64,000 nt of DNA, taken from positions 22,810 through 86,809 of the forward strand of contig JAPXTA010000001.1 in assembly GCA_033812735.1 (NCBI GenBank), written 5' to 3'. Origin of the DNA: Hyphomicrobiaceae bacterium. Lineage in GTDB: Bacteria; Pseudomonadota; Alphaproteobacteria; Rhizobiales; Hyphomicrobiaceae. Position 1 is the stretch's first letter; each line of letters begins with the position of its first letter. The notes under the pieces are model-generated. The model did no database searches and was not told where the DNA came from. It worked only from the letters and a program-made list of their open reading frames with translations. The position numbers and the translations under genes were made by a program. Shown here in pieces: positions 36,360 to 44,571 of the stretch.

Positions 36360-36850
36360 GCTATCCCCTTGACGCGCGACATGAGTTTAGGTGCCGCAAA
36401 TCATTCGAAAGAGAAAAGAATGAGCTTGATATTGCGCTTCCAAACGACCGCTCGCCCAAATGTCCAGAGAGAGCGGCCAATTTCACAAGAGGCTTGAATG
36501 ATACGCGCCCTTCCCCGTCGCGCGTGGGGAGAGCCAATCACGTTTCACAGGGAGAACGTGGCGAGGTGGTACGCCGTCAGGATTGAGCAAGCGGGCTTGT
36601 GATGCCGCGGGCTGCGCCTGCCGTGAGGCAGTGCAAATGCTTGATGTCCGGATGCTATCAACCGAATTCGACCATTCCCGCCCGCGGTGGCAATCGGCGC
36701 AATGTGCCGCCCGCGCCAAGCTCATGGCAGCCTGATATGAACATGGTAGCAAGTTGAATGACAAGCGCGGCCAATCGCTTGCGGCCACCTTTGCGGCAAG
36801 CCTTGTCAATATCAACGTGATGGCAAGCCCGCGCGGGCTGGCAGACCTAG
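36360..36850. other. Probable oriT-containing intergenic region upstream of mobC and the relaxase gene
   Basis: There is about 490 bp with no credible ORF. Nic-like candidates are ATACGCGCCCTTCC (plus strand, ~36500-36515, RSF1010-like GCGCCCT) and AATCCTGAC (minus strand, ~36575-36585, RP4/T-border-like ATCCTG). Short inverted repeats lie nearby. Confidence 0.3.
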
Positions 36851-37044
36851 AACGGAATGCACCGCCCGCAGACCTCGCGGCGGCTCTGGTCGAACACGTA
36901 TTGCCACATGGACAGCACCATGCCCAACGTCCACGGCCTGCCCTCGTCGTTGAGAAACAGAACAGGATTCTTACTGCTTGGCGCAAATCCCGCCTGCGGT
37001 TCGTAGCAGGCGGGGTTGTGGGTCAGTTCATCGATGATGCGCAT
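36847..37044 (-). CDS. Small hypothetical protein (65 aa)
   Basis: The start lies 7 nt after the stop of the upstream small gene. There is no homology evidence. Confidence 0.35.
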   Translation of the reverse strand: MRIIDELTHNPACYEPQAGFAPSSKNPVLFLNDEGRPWTLGMVLSMWQYVFDQSRREVCGRCIPF

Positions 37045-37050
37045 GGGTGC

Positions 37051-37278
37051 CTAACCTTGCGCTGTGCTGCGCCTGTCGCGGCGCATGACGTATTCCGCGC
37101 CCTGTTGCGGTGCTTCGTTGAAATTGAACTTTACCGAAAAACCGTTGCCGTCCTTGTGCGGCCAGCAGACGGCGACTTCTGACCATAAGGCCTTGTCATG
37201 CTCGGTCTTGCCCTTGATGACGCGGTAAAGCTTGTGCGTGGGGGCGTTCTTCGTGGTGGCGGTGCTGGTGTGTGTCAT
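37051..37278 (-). CDS. Small conserved protein (75 aa), paralogue of the ORF at 40357-40578
   Basis: The ATG at 37278 follows GGAGAA. It shares KPTH..., W..V/I..(C)W..KDG.GFS.K with the other copy. Confidence 0.6.
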   Translation of the reverse strand: MTHTSTATTKNAPTHKLYRVIKGKTEHDKALWSEVAVCWPHKDGNGFSVKFNFNEAPQQGAEYVMRRDRRSTAQG

Positions 37279-37463
37279 GAGGTCTTCTCCATCATGGGGT
37301 TTGTGCGAGTAAGCGAAGCGCGCCTCGCATAAACTCCATGGATGCCCCTTCACATCCCGCAAGCATCGGCAGTCAATGCCCCTTGGCCGCCAGGCGTGCA
37401 GCGCCGCGGAACGTGTGCGCTGCACGGGCTTGACGGGCGATGCGCGGGGTGTACCCGGCACGA

Positions 37464-37742
37464 TTACGCATACACGTAATCCGGCTGCCGCTCGTCCTCG
37501 TCGGTCCAAGGCACGGCGCAGCGGATATAGGCGAACCGGTTCACGAAGCGGAATCCGGGCGTGACCAGAAGCCGGCCGTCGCAATCGACGACGGTCCACC
37601 AGAAGTGGCAATCGGCATCGGCAGGCACTTCGCCGCGCAGTTCCCACAGCAGGTCGTGGTTGGCCGCGGGCAGCGGCTGGAACCGCCGTTCGAAGGTGCG
37701 CCAGCTGCCGCAGCGGGTGCGCAGGGTGACGGGCGGCGTCAT
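37464..37742 (-). CDS. Hypothetical protein (92 aa)
   Basis: The ATG at 37742 overlaps the stop of the upstream gene (ATGA-type coupling). Confidence 0.45.
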   Translation of the reverse strand: MTPPVTLRTRCGSWRTFERRFQPLPAANHDLLWELRGEVPADADCHFWWTVVDCDGRLLVTPGFRFVNRFAYIRCAVPWTDEDERQPDYVYA

Positions 37743-38023
37743 TGGACACCACCCTGCTCGGCCAGTTCGGCCTCGGACGGCATGCGATTGCGCCAGGTGT
37801 GCAGGGTCAGCACGGCTCTCAAGAGCGCATCGCATTCCGGCAGCCGCTGTTCGAGCGGCATTACCGTGCCGATTGCGAGTCTGCGCTCGTTCTGTTCCAT
37901 GGCCTTGCGGGCATCGTCGGCCAGCTTCTGGGCTTCGGCCAGTTGATGTGCGAGCGCGGCGAGACAGGCATGCATGGCCATGCCGCAGGCGAAGGCGGCT
38001 TCAGATTGTTGGGGTGTTCTCAT
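37739..38023 (-). CDS. Hypothetical protein (94 aa)
   Basis: The ATG at 38023 overlaps the stop of the methyltransferase gene. Confidence 0.45.
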   Translation of the reverse strand: MRTPQQSEAAFACGMAMHACLAALAHQLAEAQKLADDARKAMEQNERRLAIGTVMPLEQRLPECDALLRAVLTLHTWRNRMPSEAELAEQGGVQ

Positions 38024-38703
38024 GATGATCTCCGCTTGTTGTTGTTGTTTGAAATAGACTGGCGCTGGCGGAACTCCGCCGACGACAGCCACCAGAAGGC
38101 CGAAGGGCCTTCATGATTGGGTGCCCATACCGCCCAGCAGTATCGATGCTTGGTGAAGTGCGACGGCGGCGGCCCGTAGTGGCGCTCCGGCCAGCAGACG
38201 ATGTCGTCGATGGCATAGAGCCGTGCCGGCGTATGCTCGCGCCACCAGCGCGTGCGCGTGCGATGGGCGAGCGAAGCGAGGTTCAAGAGCATCGCCACGT
38301 TGCCGCCGGTCTCCGCCGCGAAGCGGAGTGAGCGGTCGATGAACGCATCGGCGAGGCCAGAGCCGTAGGGCGGATTGGTGACGATGTGCTTGGCCCGTGG
38401 CCGCGTCTCCTTCAGGAAGTCGACGCGGGGGATGCCGTAGCCGTAATCGACGAGATCCGTAGCCACCACCTTATGGCCAGCGTCTGTCAGCACTGATGCA
38501 ATCGCGCCTTCGCCGCAGGCGGGCTCCCAGATCGAGCCATCAAAGGCTTCGACCGAGAGCAGCGCACGCGTTGCTTCGGGCGGGGTCGGATAATACTCGT
38601 TCGGGATGCGGGATGCGCCCAGCCGGAAGGCCTGCGGCAGAGCCGCCGGCTTGGTTGTCGCTAGGCTGCGCGGACGCGAACCGAGGATGATGCTCATACT
38701 CAT
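38020..38703 (-). CDS. Orphan N6-adenine DNA methyltransferase
   Basis: It has the SAM motif IWEPACGEGAI and the catalytic motif IVTNPPYG. No cognate endonuclease lies nearby. Confidence 0.85.
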   Translation of the reverse strand: MSMSIILGSRPRSLATTKPAALPQAFRLGASRIPNEYYPTPPEATRALLSVEAFDGSIWEPACGEGAIASVLTDAGHKVVATDLVDYGYGIPRVDFLKETRPRAKHIVTNPPYGSGLADAFIDRSLRFAAETGGNVAMLLNLASLAHRTRTRWWREHTPARLYAIDDIVCWPERHYGPPPSHFTKHRYCWAVWAPNHEGPSAFWWLSSAEFRQRQSISNNNNKRRSS

Positions 38704-39044
38704 GGTGCACCTCCTTCGCTTTCACCTCGACGCGCTTTCAGAGCAAAGCTTCGAAGCTTTGCGACGCCAGCGGGTCGCCCCGTCGTGACGGCATGCCTGA
38801 TGACACGACAAGCGAAGTCATCGACGATTTCGAGCCAGGCATCGCAAACAAGCCCGTCACAGGCTTTCGCCAGTGCGAGACCTGCCTCGCCCGCATGGGC
38901 GGCAAAGCCCATGAAGCCGCCGAAGATGTTTTCCCGATCGCAATTCGGGAATATCTCCTCGTGGATGCGCTCCAGCTCTTCGCTCATAGCTATCGTCGCG
39001 AAGGCGATGTCGCGAGCGTATTCGGCAAGGGTGTGCGGGTTCAT
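38700..39044 (-). CDS. Hypothetical protein (114 aa)
   Basis: It is translationally coupled on both sides. Confidence 0.5.
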   Translation of the reverse strand: MNPHTLAEYARDIAFATIAMSEELERIHEEIFPNCDRENIFGGFMGFAAHAGEAGLALAKACDGLVCDAWLEIVDDFACRVIRHAVTTGRPAGVAKLRSFALKARRGESEGGAP

Positions 39045-39259
39045 GAGCGCACCTCATAGGCGGCGAAGATGAGGTGCTCGTGATGGCCGAGTGTGCTGCC
39101 ATCGAGGACGTGCCTGACCTCGTCGAGACGCCTGAGCACATTGCGCTCGGCATTCTCGGCGGAGCAAGCCGAGACCCTGATGCTGTAGCCCTGCTCGACG
39201 CTGTAGACGACGTCGAACAGCTTTCTCGGCCGGCGGGTGCGGGAGACTTTCTTACTCAT
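39041..39259 (-). CDS. Hypothetical protein (72 aa), ends ...EVRS
   Basis: It is coupled. Its 3' junction is an exact copy of TCATGAGCGCACCTC. Confidence 0.5.
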   Translation of the reverse strand: MSKKVSRTRRPRKLFDVVYSVEQGYSIRVSACSAENAERNVLRRLDEVRHVLDGSTLGHHEHLIFAAYEVRS

Positions 39260-39585
39260 AGCTCCACCTCCCCGTCAGCAGGGAACGCAGCATCGAGCAG
39301 CTTGACGATACGCTTCGGAAGATAATCGCGCGGCTCGTCATAGCCGAACTGGATACGGTCGAACGGGATCAGCTCTTTCCGCTTCTTTGTCTTGATCGAT
39401 GCGATGGTGACGTTGTGACAGCCCCACGGCTCGACCTTGACCGTGTATCCGGCTGCGCGCAGCGCCTCAGCGACGTGCTCGGTCATGATGATAGTGTCGC
39501 CGTCGTTGAAACCGAATTTGCAGAAGGCTTCTTCCCACGACCAGGTGAAGTGGCTGCCGCAGCCTGGACAAGAGGTGATGCTCAT
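39256..39585 (-). CDS. Hypothetical protein (109 aa) with an N-terminal CPGCG motif
   Basis: The ATG at 39585 follows GGAGGTG. The sequence starts MSITSCPGCGSHF. Confidence 0.5.
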   Translation of the reverse strand: MSITSCPGCGSHFTWSWEEAFCKFGFNDGDTIIMTEHVAEALRAAGYTVKVEPWGCHNVTIASIKTKKRKELIPFDRIQFGYDEPRDYLPKRIVKLLDAAFPADGEVEL

Positions 39586-39788
39586 GAGCGCACCTCCTTT
39601 CCCGCTTGGTCGCAGACGATGAGGTCTGTGCGGCCGAGGGTTTCGGTGTGGAAGCAGCCGACGCCATCCTCGTCCCACAATTCGCGGGCGATTTCGTTTG
39701 CTTCGGCGAGGCCTGATGCCTCGATGGTCGTGCGATGGACGAGCACCTCGACGATCGTGATGTCATAGGATTTCAGAGATGCGGTCAT
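39582..39788 (-). CDS. Hypothetical protein (68 aa), ends ...EVRS
   Basis: It is coupled and has the same 15-nt junction. Confidence 0.5.
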   Translation of the reverse strand: MTASLKSYDITIVEVLVHRTTIEASGLAEANEIARELWDEDGVGCFHTETLGRTDLIVCDQAGKEVRS

Positions 39789-39964
39789 GGCTGCACCTCC
39801 TCGACTTCGATGCGGAGGATTCTGCCTTCGCAGAGCTCGAAGCGGCCTTCATCGAAAGCGGTCTCCGCGCAGCGCCTGGCCTCGTCAGGCGACTTGGCCT
39901 GAACCGTGCCGTCCCACCAATCCTCCATGATGACGAAGCAATCATAGGTCTTGAGTTCACTCAT
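39785..39964 (-). CDS. Hypothetical protein (59 aa; below the ORF-track cutoff)
   Basis: My own translation gives MSELKTYDCFVIMEDWWDGTVQAKSPDEARRCAETAFDEGRFELCEGRILRIEVEEVQP. The gene has ATGA overlaps on both sides and fills the only gap in the operon. Confidence 0.45.
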   Translation of the reverse strand: MSELKTYDCFVIMEDWWDGTVQAKSPDEARRCAETAFDEGRFELCEGRILRIEVEEVQP

Positions 39965-40170
39965 GAGCGCACCTCACGATCTGCGGTTCGCTCCGCCGTG
40001 ACGGCATCGGCAATGGCTTTGTCGATGGTGTGTGCGACCGAGTAATGGTCGTGTGGCGGGCAATCGAATTGCCGTTTCGTCCGGATGAGCGCGTAGCGTG
40101 CGAGTTTCAGGGCATCGACGAGCGCCGCATAGCGGCGACGCTCGAGAGTGATGAGAGGGAGGTCCGTCAT
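39961..40170 (-). CDS. Hypothetical protein (69 aa), ends ...EVRS
   Basis: It is coupled and has the same 15-nt junction. Confidence 0.5.
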   Translation of the reverse strand: MTDLPLITLERRRYAALVDALKLARYALIRTKRQFDCPPHDHYSVAHTIDKAIADAVTAERTADREVRS

Positions 40171-40346
40171 GCGCGGCCTCCCTTGGAGTATCCGTCGAAG
40201 TCGAAGCCACGATTGGAACGCGGGTCGCCATCACAGATGACAGTGAGCAATTCGGTTGCGTCTTCGTCGGTGTCATCGACGAGCAGGATGCGCTCGTCGA
40301 GACCACCAAAGCGGGAACTATCGTTGTGAGAGTATGCGTGTCTCAT
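40167..40346 (-). CDS. Hypothetical protein (59 aa)
   Basis: The ATG at 40346 follows GGGAGG. The upstream part of the ORF-track version is unlikely to be real. Confidence 0.4.
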   Translation of the reverse strand: MRHAYSHNDSSRFGGLDERILLVDDTDEDATELLTVICDGDPRSNRGFDFDGYSKGGRA

Positions 40347-40356
40347 GCTGGCCTCC

Positions 40357-40578
40357 CTATGCGGCGTTCGCTTCGGTTGCGTTGGCCGCGGCGTCATCCG
40401 CATCGGCTTCACGCAGCATGATGTCGCCGCCGTTGAGCGGCAGGTATTCGAGCTTCAGGGAAAAGCCCTTGCCGTCCTTCTGGCGCCAGGCGCAGCCGAT
40501 GTCGTTCCAGTAGCGTTTGTCGCCTTTGCTGGTGACGGCGAGGATGCGATGGGTGGGTTTGTTGGATGGTGTCGTCAT
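40357..40578 (-). CDS. Small conserved protein (73 aa), paralogue of the ORF at 37051-37278 and first gene of the small-gene operon
   Basis: The ATG is at 40578. The sequence is MTTPSNKPTHRILAVTSKGDKRYWNDIGCAWRQKDGKGFSLKL. Confidence 0.6.
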   Translation of the reverse strand: MTTPSNKPTHRILAVTSKGDKRYWNDIGCAWRQKDGKGFSLKLEYLPLNGGDIMLREADADDAAANATEANAA

Positions 40579-41164
40579 GAGAAATGACCTTTCTTCGTTG
40601 TGAGCGAGGGCCGGAATTGGCGACCTCGTTGCCGCCCGTTCCTCACAGCGCTGCATCGGGGTCACACGGCAAAATTTCGGGTGGGCAGCGAGAATGAGCT
40701 CGAGGGCGCTTTCGCAACGCGAAAGGCCCGGCGCGGGGCCCCCGTGGCTTTGCTCACGGGGTGCGCGAGCGCATTGTCGCGCGGGTCCCACACGTTCATT
40801 TTGTCGTTGAAGGGCCAGCCGCCCAGAAAGCGTCATGTCGGAGGCATGCCTTCGGCATGACGGCGGCCGCCCGTCCCCAAGGTGCGCGCCTGTGAGACGG
40901 TTGCGGCAAACTGATGAGGTCGACCAGACGGAACGAGAGAGCGGCGGAGAAAGGTATGTGATTGAGAGTGACTGACAGCACTCCACTCTTCTGCATCAAC
41001 GACGTTGGTCGCCAGCTCTGTTGTTTTAGATGCTTGGCATGATTACCCGTCGGCTCGATCAGACTCGGAAACTTGATATCAAGCTCATATTTGCCTGCGA
41101 TCATGCAGGTCTCGGGCGCACCCGATAAGCAAGACGGCGGTAGAGGCTACTGTGGGCACCGCCG

Positions 41165-42094
41165 ATGTCGATCTTCGTCCAAGCTTCGATAGCCATCGCT
41201 GCGGCAGTCTTCATCGCCGTGTCGGCGATCATGAACGCTGTGTTCCTGTCGAGCCTTGGACAGACGGCGATGGAAGCGTCTCTGCTGACCGCCGTCAGTA
41301 TCGCAGCAGATATCGCCAAGGCCATCCTGCCGGTTCTGGTGGTGCGCGCAATTGCTGTGCGAGCCTGGTGGCACTGCGCCACGGCGACGGTCATGCTGGC
41401 ATTGCTGGTGACGATGTCGCTGACCTCAGGCACAGGGTTTGCAGCCCTGACGCGGAATGCTGTGACCGCGATACGCGCATCTCACGCCGAGCGTATCGAC
41501 GGCCTTCGCCAGCGCCTCCAGGAAATCGAAGCTTCGCTGACGGCCTTGCCGACAGCTCGACAGCTGGCCGTCGTGACATCGGAAATCGAGGCCAAGAGGG
41601 TCGAATGGGCCTGGACGTCGACGAAGGGCTGTACCGACATTACCAATGCAGCCGGTCGCCGCTTCTGTACAGCTCTCTCAGCACTGCGCAGCGAGGCCAC
41701 AGTCGCCGAAGCGCGGGACCGGCTCACCGCGGAGCGGAGTGGCACACGGGCGCAGCTGGACCGGCTTCGGGAGGCCGGGGCCGGCGGGGACCATGACCCG
41801 CAAGCCACGGCCATTGCAGCCCTTCTGCGTGTCGACCCCGCCCTGCTCCGTGTCGTGCTGCCGGTCTGGATAGCCGTCGTGCTCGAGCTTGGAACTGTCG
41901 CTCTCGTTCTGTTGTGGGCCGGTCCGACGGTCAGGCTCTGGAAAGAGCCCAATGGTTACACGGCGTTGGAGGAGAAAACGGAGGCGCCGGTCATCCAGCC
42001 TCCCCCGCCCCGCCCGCCCGATCCGGTCGGTTGGCAATTGCAGCGTAGTCGCATTAAACTGCAAGTCGGTCGGGACGGAAGCCATGCACGGTAG
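41165..42094 (+). CDS. Membrane protein with N-terminal and C-terminal TM helices and a central coiled coil
   Basis: Hydrophobic stretches include IAIAAAVFIAVSAIMNAVFL, AILPVLVVRAIAV, TVMLALLVTMSL and VVLPVWIAVVLELGTVALVLLW. Confidence 0.6.
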   Translation: MSIFVQASIAIAAAVFIAVSAIMNAVFLSSLGQTAMEASLLTAVSIAADIAKAILPVLVVRAIAVRAWWHCATATVMLALLVTMSLTSGTGFAALTRNAVTAIRASHAERIDGLRQRLQEIEASLTALPTARQLAVVTSEIEAKRVEWAWTSTKGCTDITNAAGRRFCTALSALRSEATVAEARDRLTAERSGTRAQLDRLREAGAGGDHDPQATAIAALLRVDPALLRVVLPVWIAVVLELGTVALVLLWAGPTVRLWKEPNGYTALEEKTEAPVIQPPPPRPPDPVGWQLQRSRIKLQVGRDGSHAR

Positions 42095-42443
42095 AGGCGA
42101 CGACGAGGAAGAGGAGCGACGGCGGCAGGCCCGAGAGAACCAGGGCCGGTCGTTCGAGGATCGTTGGTATGGCTCCCAGCTGGACGATGATGATGGACGG
42201 CGGCGCAATCGCCGTCTGCGCGTCAAGCAGATGCCCCTCTACATGACCTTGACTGTCCACGCCGTGATGGATGTGGCCATGAAGCAGGCGGGCTTCAGAA
42301 GCCTCCCCGACTTCTTCGAGTTCCTGCTATCGGAGTATCTAAAGGCTTCACCGCTGGACGAGACGGCCCTGAAGAGCATCCCCCAAGAAGAAAAACTGCA
42401 AGCGCGGGTTCTGGAAAAGCGAGCTAAAAACGATGCCAAGTAG
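42084..42443 (+). CDS. Small charged protein with a possible ribbon-helix-helix C-terminus
   Basis: The ATG at 42084 overlaps the end of the previous gene. MPLYMTLTVHAVMDVAMKQAGFRSLPDFFEFLLSEYL looks strand-helix-helix. Confidence 0.4.
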   Translation: MHGRGDDEEEERRRQARENQGRSFEDRWYGSQLDDDDGRRRNRRLRVKQMPLYMTLTVHAVMDVAMKQAGFRSLPDFFEFLLSEYLKASPLDETALKSIPQEEKLQARVLEKRAKNDAK

Positions 42444-42951
42444 CCGGACACCCGAGCCGCGCCGTGATGCCGGTGACAAAGAGCTCGCCCTCTGGATGCT
42501 CGAACGGATGCGCCACAGCGAGAGCTTCCTGGAGGATATCCGGGCCGCGCGAAGCGCAGGTGATACCGACATCCTGGATCGGCCGGAATACGTTGCGCAG
42601 CATCGTAAGCGACTGGCACATCTCTACCAGGGCGGCGACGAGAAGCTTGTCGAGATTTCTGAGGACACGGCCGACAGGCTTCAGCTGATTGCGACGCAGG
42701 GCCTGCTGTCGTGCGACGAGCATGTTCTGGAGAAGGCCCTCGCGTCCTTTCTTGCTGCAAACCCGAAGATTGCAGCGACGGTGCCGGCCGACTGGCCGAC
42801 GACGTTGGATGCTGCCAAGGCTGAGGTCGAGGGCCGAACCAAGGGCCGCTTTCGGGCGAGTTTCACGGCTGACCTGGCAACCGCAGCGCGGAGTGAACTG
42901 GACCGCCGCGCTGAAGCCGAACGGGCGCGCGATCATGGCCGCGAAAGCTGA
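42433..42951 (+). CDS. Hypothetical protein (172 aa)
   Basis: It overlaps the previous gene by 11 nt and has plausible composition. Confidence 0.5.
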   Translation: MPSSRTPEPRRDAGDKELALWMLERMRHSESFLEDIRAARSAGDTDILDRPEYVAQHRKRLAHLYQGGDEKLVEISEDTADRLQLIATQGLLSCDEHVLEKALASFLAANPKIAATVPADWPTTLDAAKAEVEGRTKGRFRASFTADLATAARSELDRRAEAERARDHGRES

Positions 42952-43017
42952 GAGCATCTTCAGAGGGGTTGCAGCGGGCCGCTGAGATTTACCGACGACG
43001 ATGGTGATACGCAGAGC

Positions 43018-44562
43018 ATGGCAACGGGGCCCGACAAGTCCGGCAAACTGACCTTCCTCGAGCATTTGCGGGAGGACTTGCCGCGCGGAATCGCAGGAAG
43101 GCCGCATCAGCCAATTTCAGCGGGCTGGGGTGATGTCTGGGCCAATCCTGAAAAGTTTGCCTACGGCAAGGGAACAGCCAATGGGCGACGAGGTGTGTTC
43201 CTTGGATATGACGGAGCGGGCGACGATGGCCATCCGGTTGGTTTCACGGATGACCGTCATGTGATGACCGTTGCGGGGTCCCGCGCTGGTAAAGGCCGGT
43301 CGCTCGTCATTCCGAACATGCTGATGTATGAAGGCTCGGTGCTCGCCATCGATCCCAAGGGGGAACTGGCACGCATCACGAGCCGGGCCCGCGCAGCGAT
43401 GGGCCAGCGTGTTGTCGTCCTCGATCCGTTCGGGGCCAGCCTGCAGGACTGCAAGAGCGATGAACAGCGCGAAGCGTTGGCAAAACGTCTCGGCGCCTAT
43501 AACCCTCTCGATGAGCTCGACCCCTCCTCCGATACGTTCGTCGAGGATGCGGCGGTCATTGCCAACGCGCTCATCAAAGACAGCCGATCGAACGACCGGT
43601 TCTGGGCGGACAGCGCCAAGGTGCTGGTGCACGCGCTCATACTGTTCGTGTTCACGTTCCCTGAGAAAGAGCGCAATCTCTGCACGGTGCGCGATCTCCT
43701 CGCCTTGAAGGGTCCACAATTGGCGAGAGCGACCGAAGTGCTCGGCATGAAACCCGAAGCCGCCCTATGGGAGTTGATGCGCAAAACTGGAGATCGCTTC
43801 CAGGGAATGGTGATGTCTGCCGGCAACACTTTCGGCGAGATGCACGACAACGGACGGTCGTCCGTTCTGGCCACGGCACGCACGGAAACCGCGTTCCTCG
43901 ATAGCCCGAAACTGAGAGAGACGCTGGTGCGCAGCGATTTCAAGCTCGGTGAGCTCAAGCGTGGTGCCGTGACGGTCTACCTATGCCTGCCGGCAGGTCG
44001 CATGATGTCGCATGCCAATTGGCTGAGGACAATCATCGATCTCGGAATGTACGTGTTCGAGCGCGACATACGCAAGGCCGACACCCCTCTCCTCATGGTC
44101 CTCGATGAGTTCCCGGTGCTCGGCTATATGCGCACGATCGAGGCGGCCGCAGGACAGATCGCCGGCTTCGGTGTGAAGCTGTGGACCATCGTGCAGGACA
44201 TCACGCAGCTGCAGCGCCTTTATCGTGATAGCTGGGAGACGTTCGTTGCAAACTCGGGAGTTGTGACGGCATTCGCTAATTCGGATGGTTCGACACTTGA
44301 ATATTTATCGACACAGCTCGGCCGGATCACAATCGATGTGATCAGGGACAGTGAAGCATCGGCCGCGCAATTGCGATCCGGCGCAAAGATGACGCAACGT
44401 CAGACGCGCGACGATCCCCTCCTCGCCCCGCACGAGATCGCTATCAAGTTCGCACGTGACAAGCATCGGATACTGGTGTTGCCCGCTGGCGAGGCGCCAC
44501 TTGGGCTGCAGCGGGCGATGTATGACTTGGATCCGAACTTCGCGGGACTGTTCGATCCTTGA
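43018..44562 (+). CDS. Type IV coupling protein (TraG/VirD4/TraD family ATPase) lacking N-terminal TM segments
   Basis: The Walker A motif is VAGSRAGKGRS and the Walker B-like motif is LLMVLDEFPVLG. The segment WTIVQDITQL is also present. The first ~90 aa contain no hydrophobic helix. Confidence 0.85.
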   Translation: MATGPDKSGKLTFLEHLREDLPRGIAGRPHQPISAGWGDVWANPEKFAYGKGTANGRRGVFLGYDGAGDDGHPVGFTDDRHVMTVAGSRAGKGRSLVIPNMLMYEGSVLAIDPKGELARITSRARAAMGQRVVVLDPFGASLQDCKSDEQREALAKRLGAYNPLDELDPSSDTFVEDAAVIANALIKDSRSNDRFWADSAKVLVHALILFVFTFPEKERNLCTVRDLLALKGPQLARATEVLGMKPEAALWELMRKTGDRFQGMVMSAGNTFGEMHDNGRSSVLATARTETAFLDSPKLRETLVRSDFKLGELKRGAVTVYLCLPAGRMMSHANWLRTIIDLGMYVFERDIRKADTPLLMVLDEFPVLGYMRTIEAAAGQIAGFGVKLWTIVQDITQLQRLYRDSWETFVANSGVVTAFANSDGSTLEYLSTQLGRITIDVIRDSEASAAQLRSGAKMTQRQTRDDPLLAPHEIAIKFARDKHRILVLPAGEAPLGLQRAMYDLDPNFAGLFDP

Positions 44563-44571
44563 GGGGGGACG

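Noticed and set aside
37051-40578. Calling the two small paralogues (37051-37278, 40357-40578) DUF736
   Set aside because: The DUF736 sequences I remember (ending ...DDPSF..PI.A.L) do not match these proteins, so I left them unnamed.
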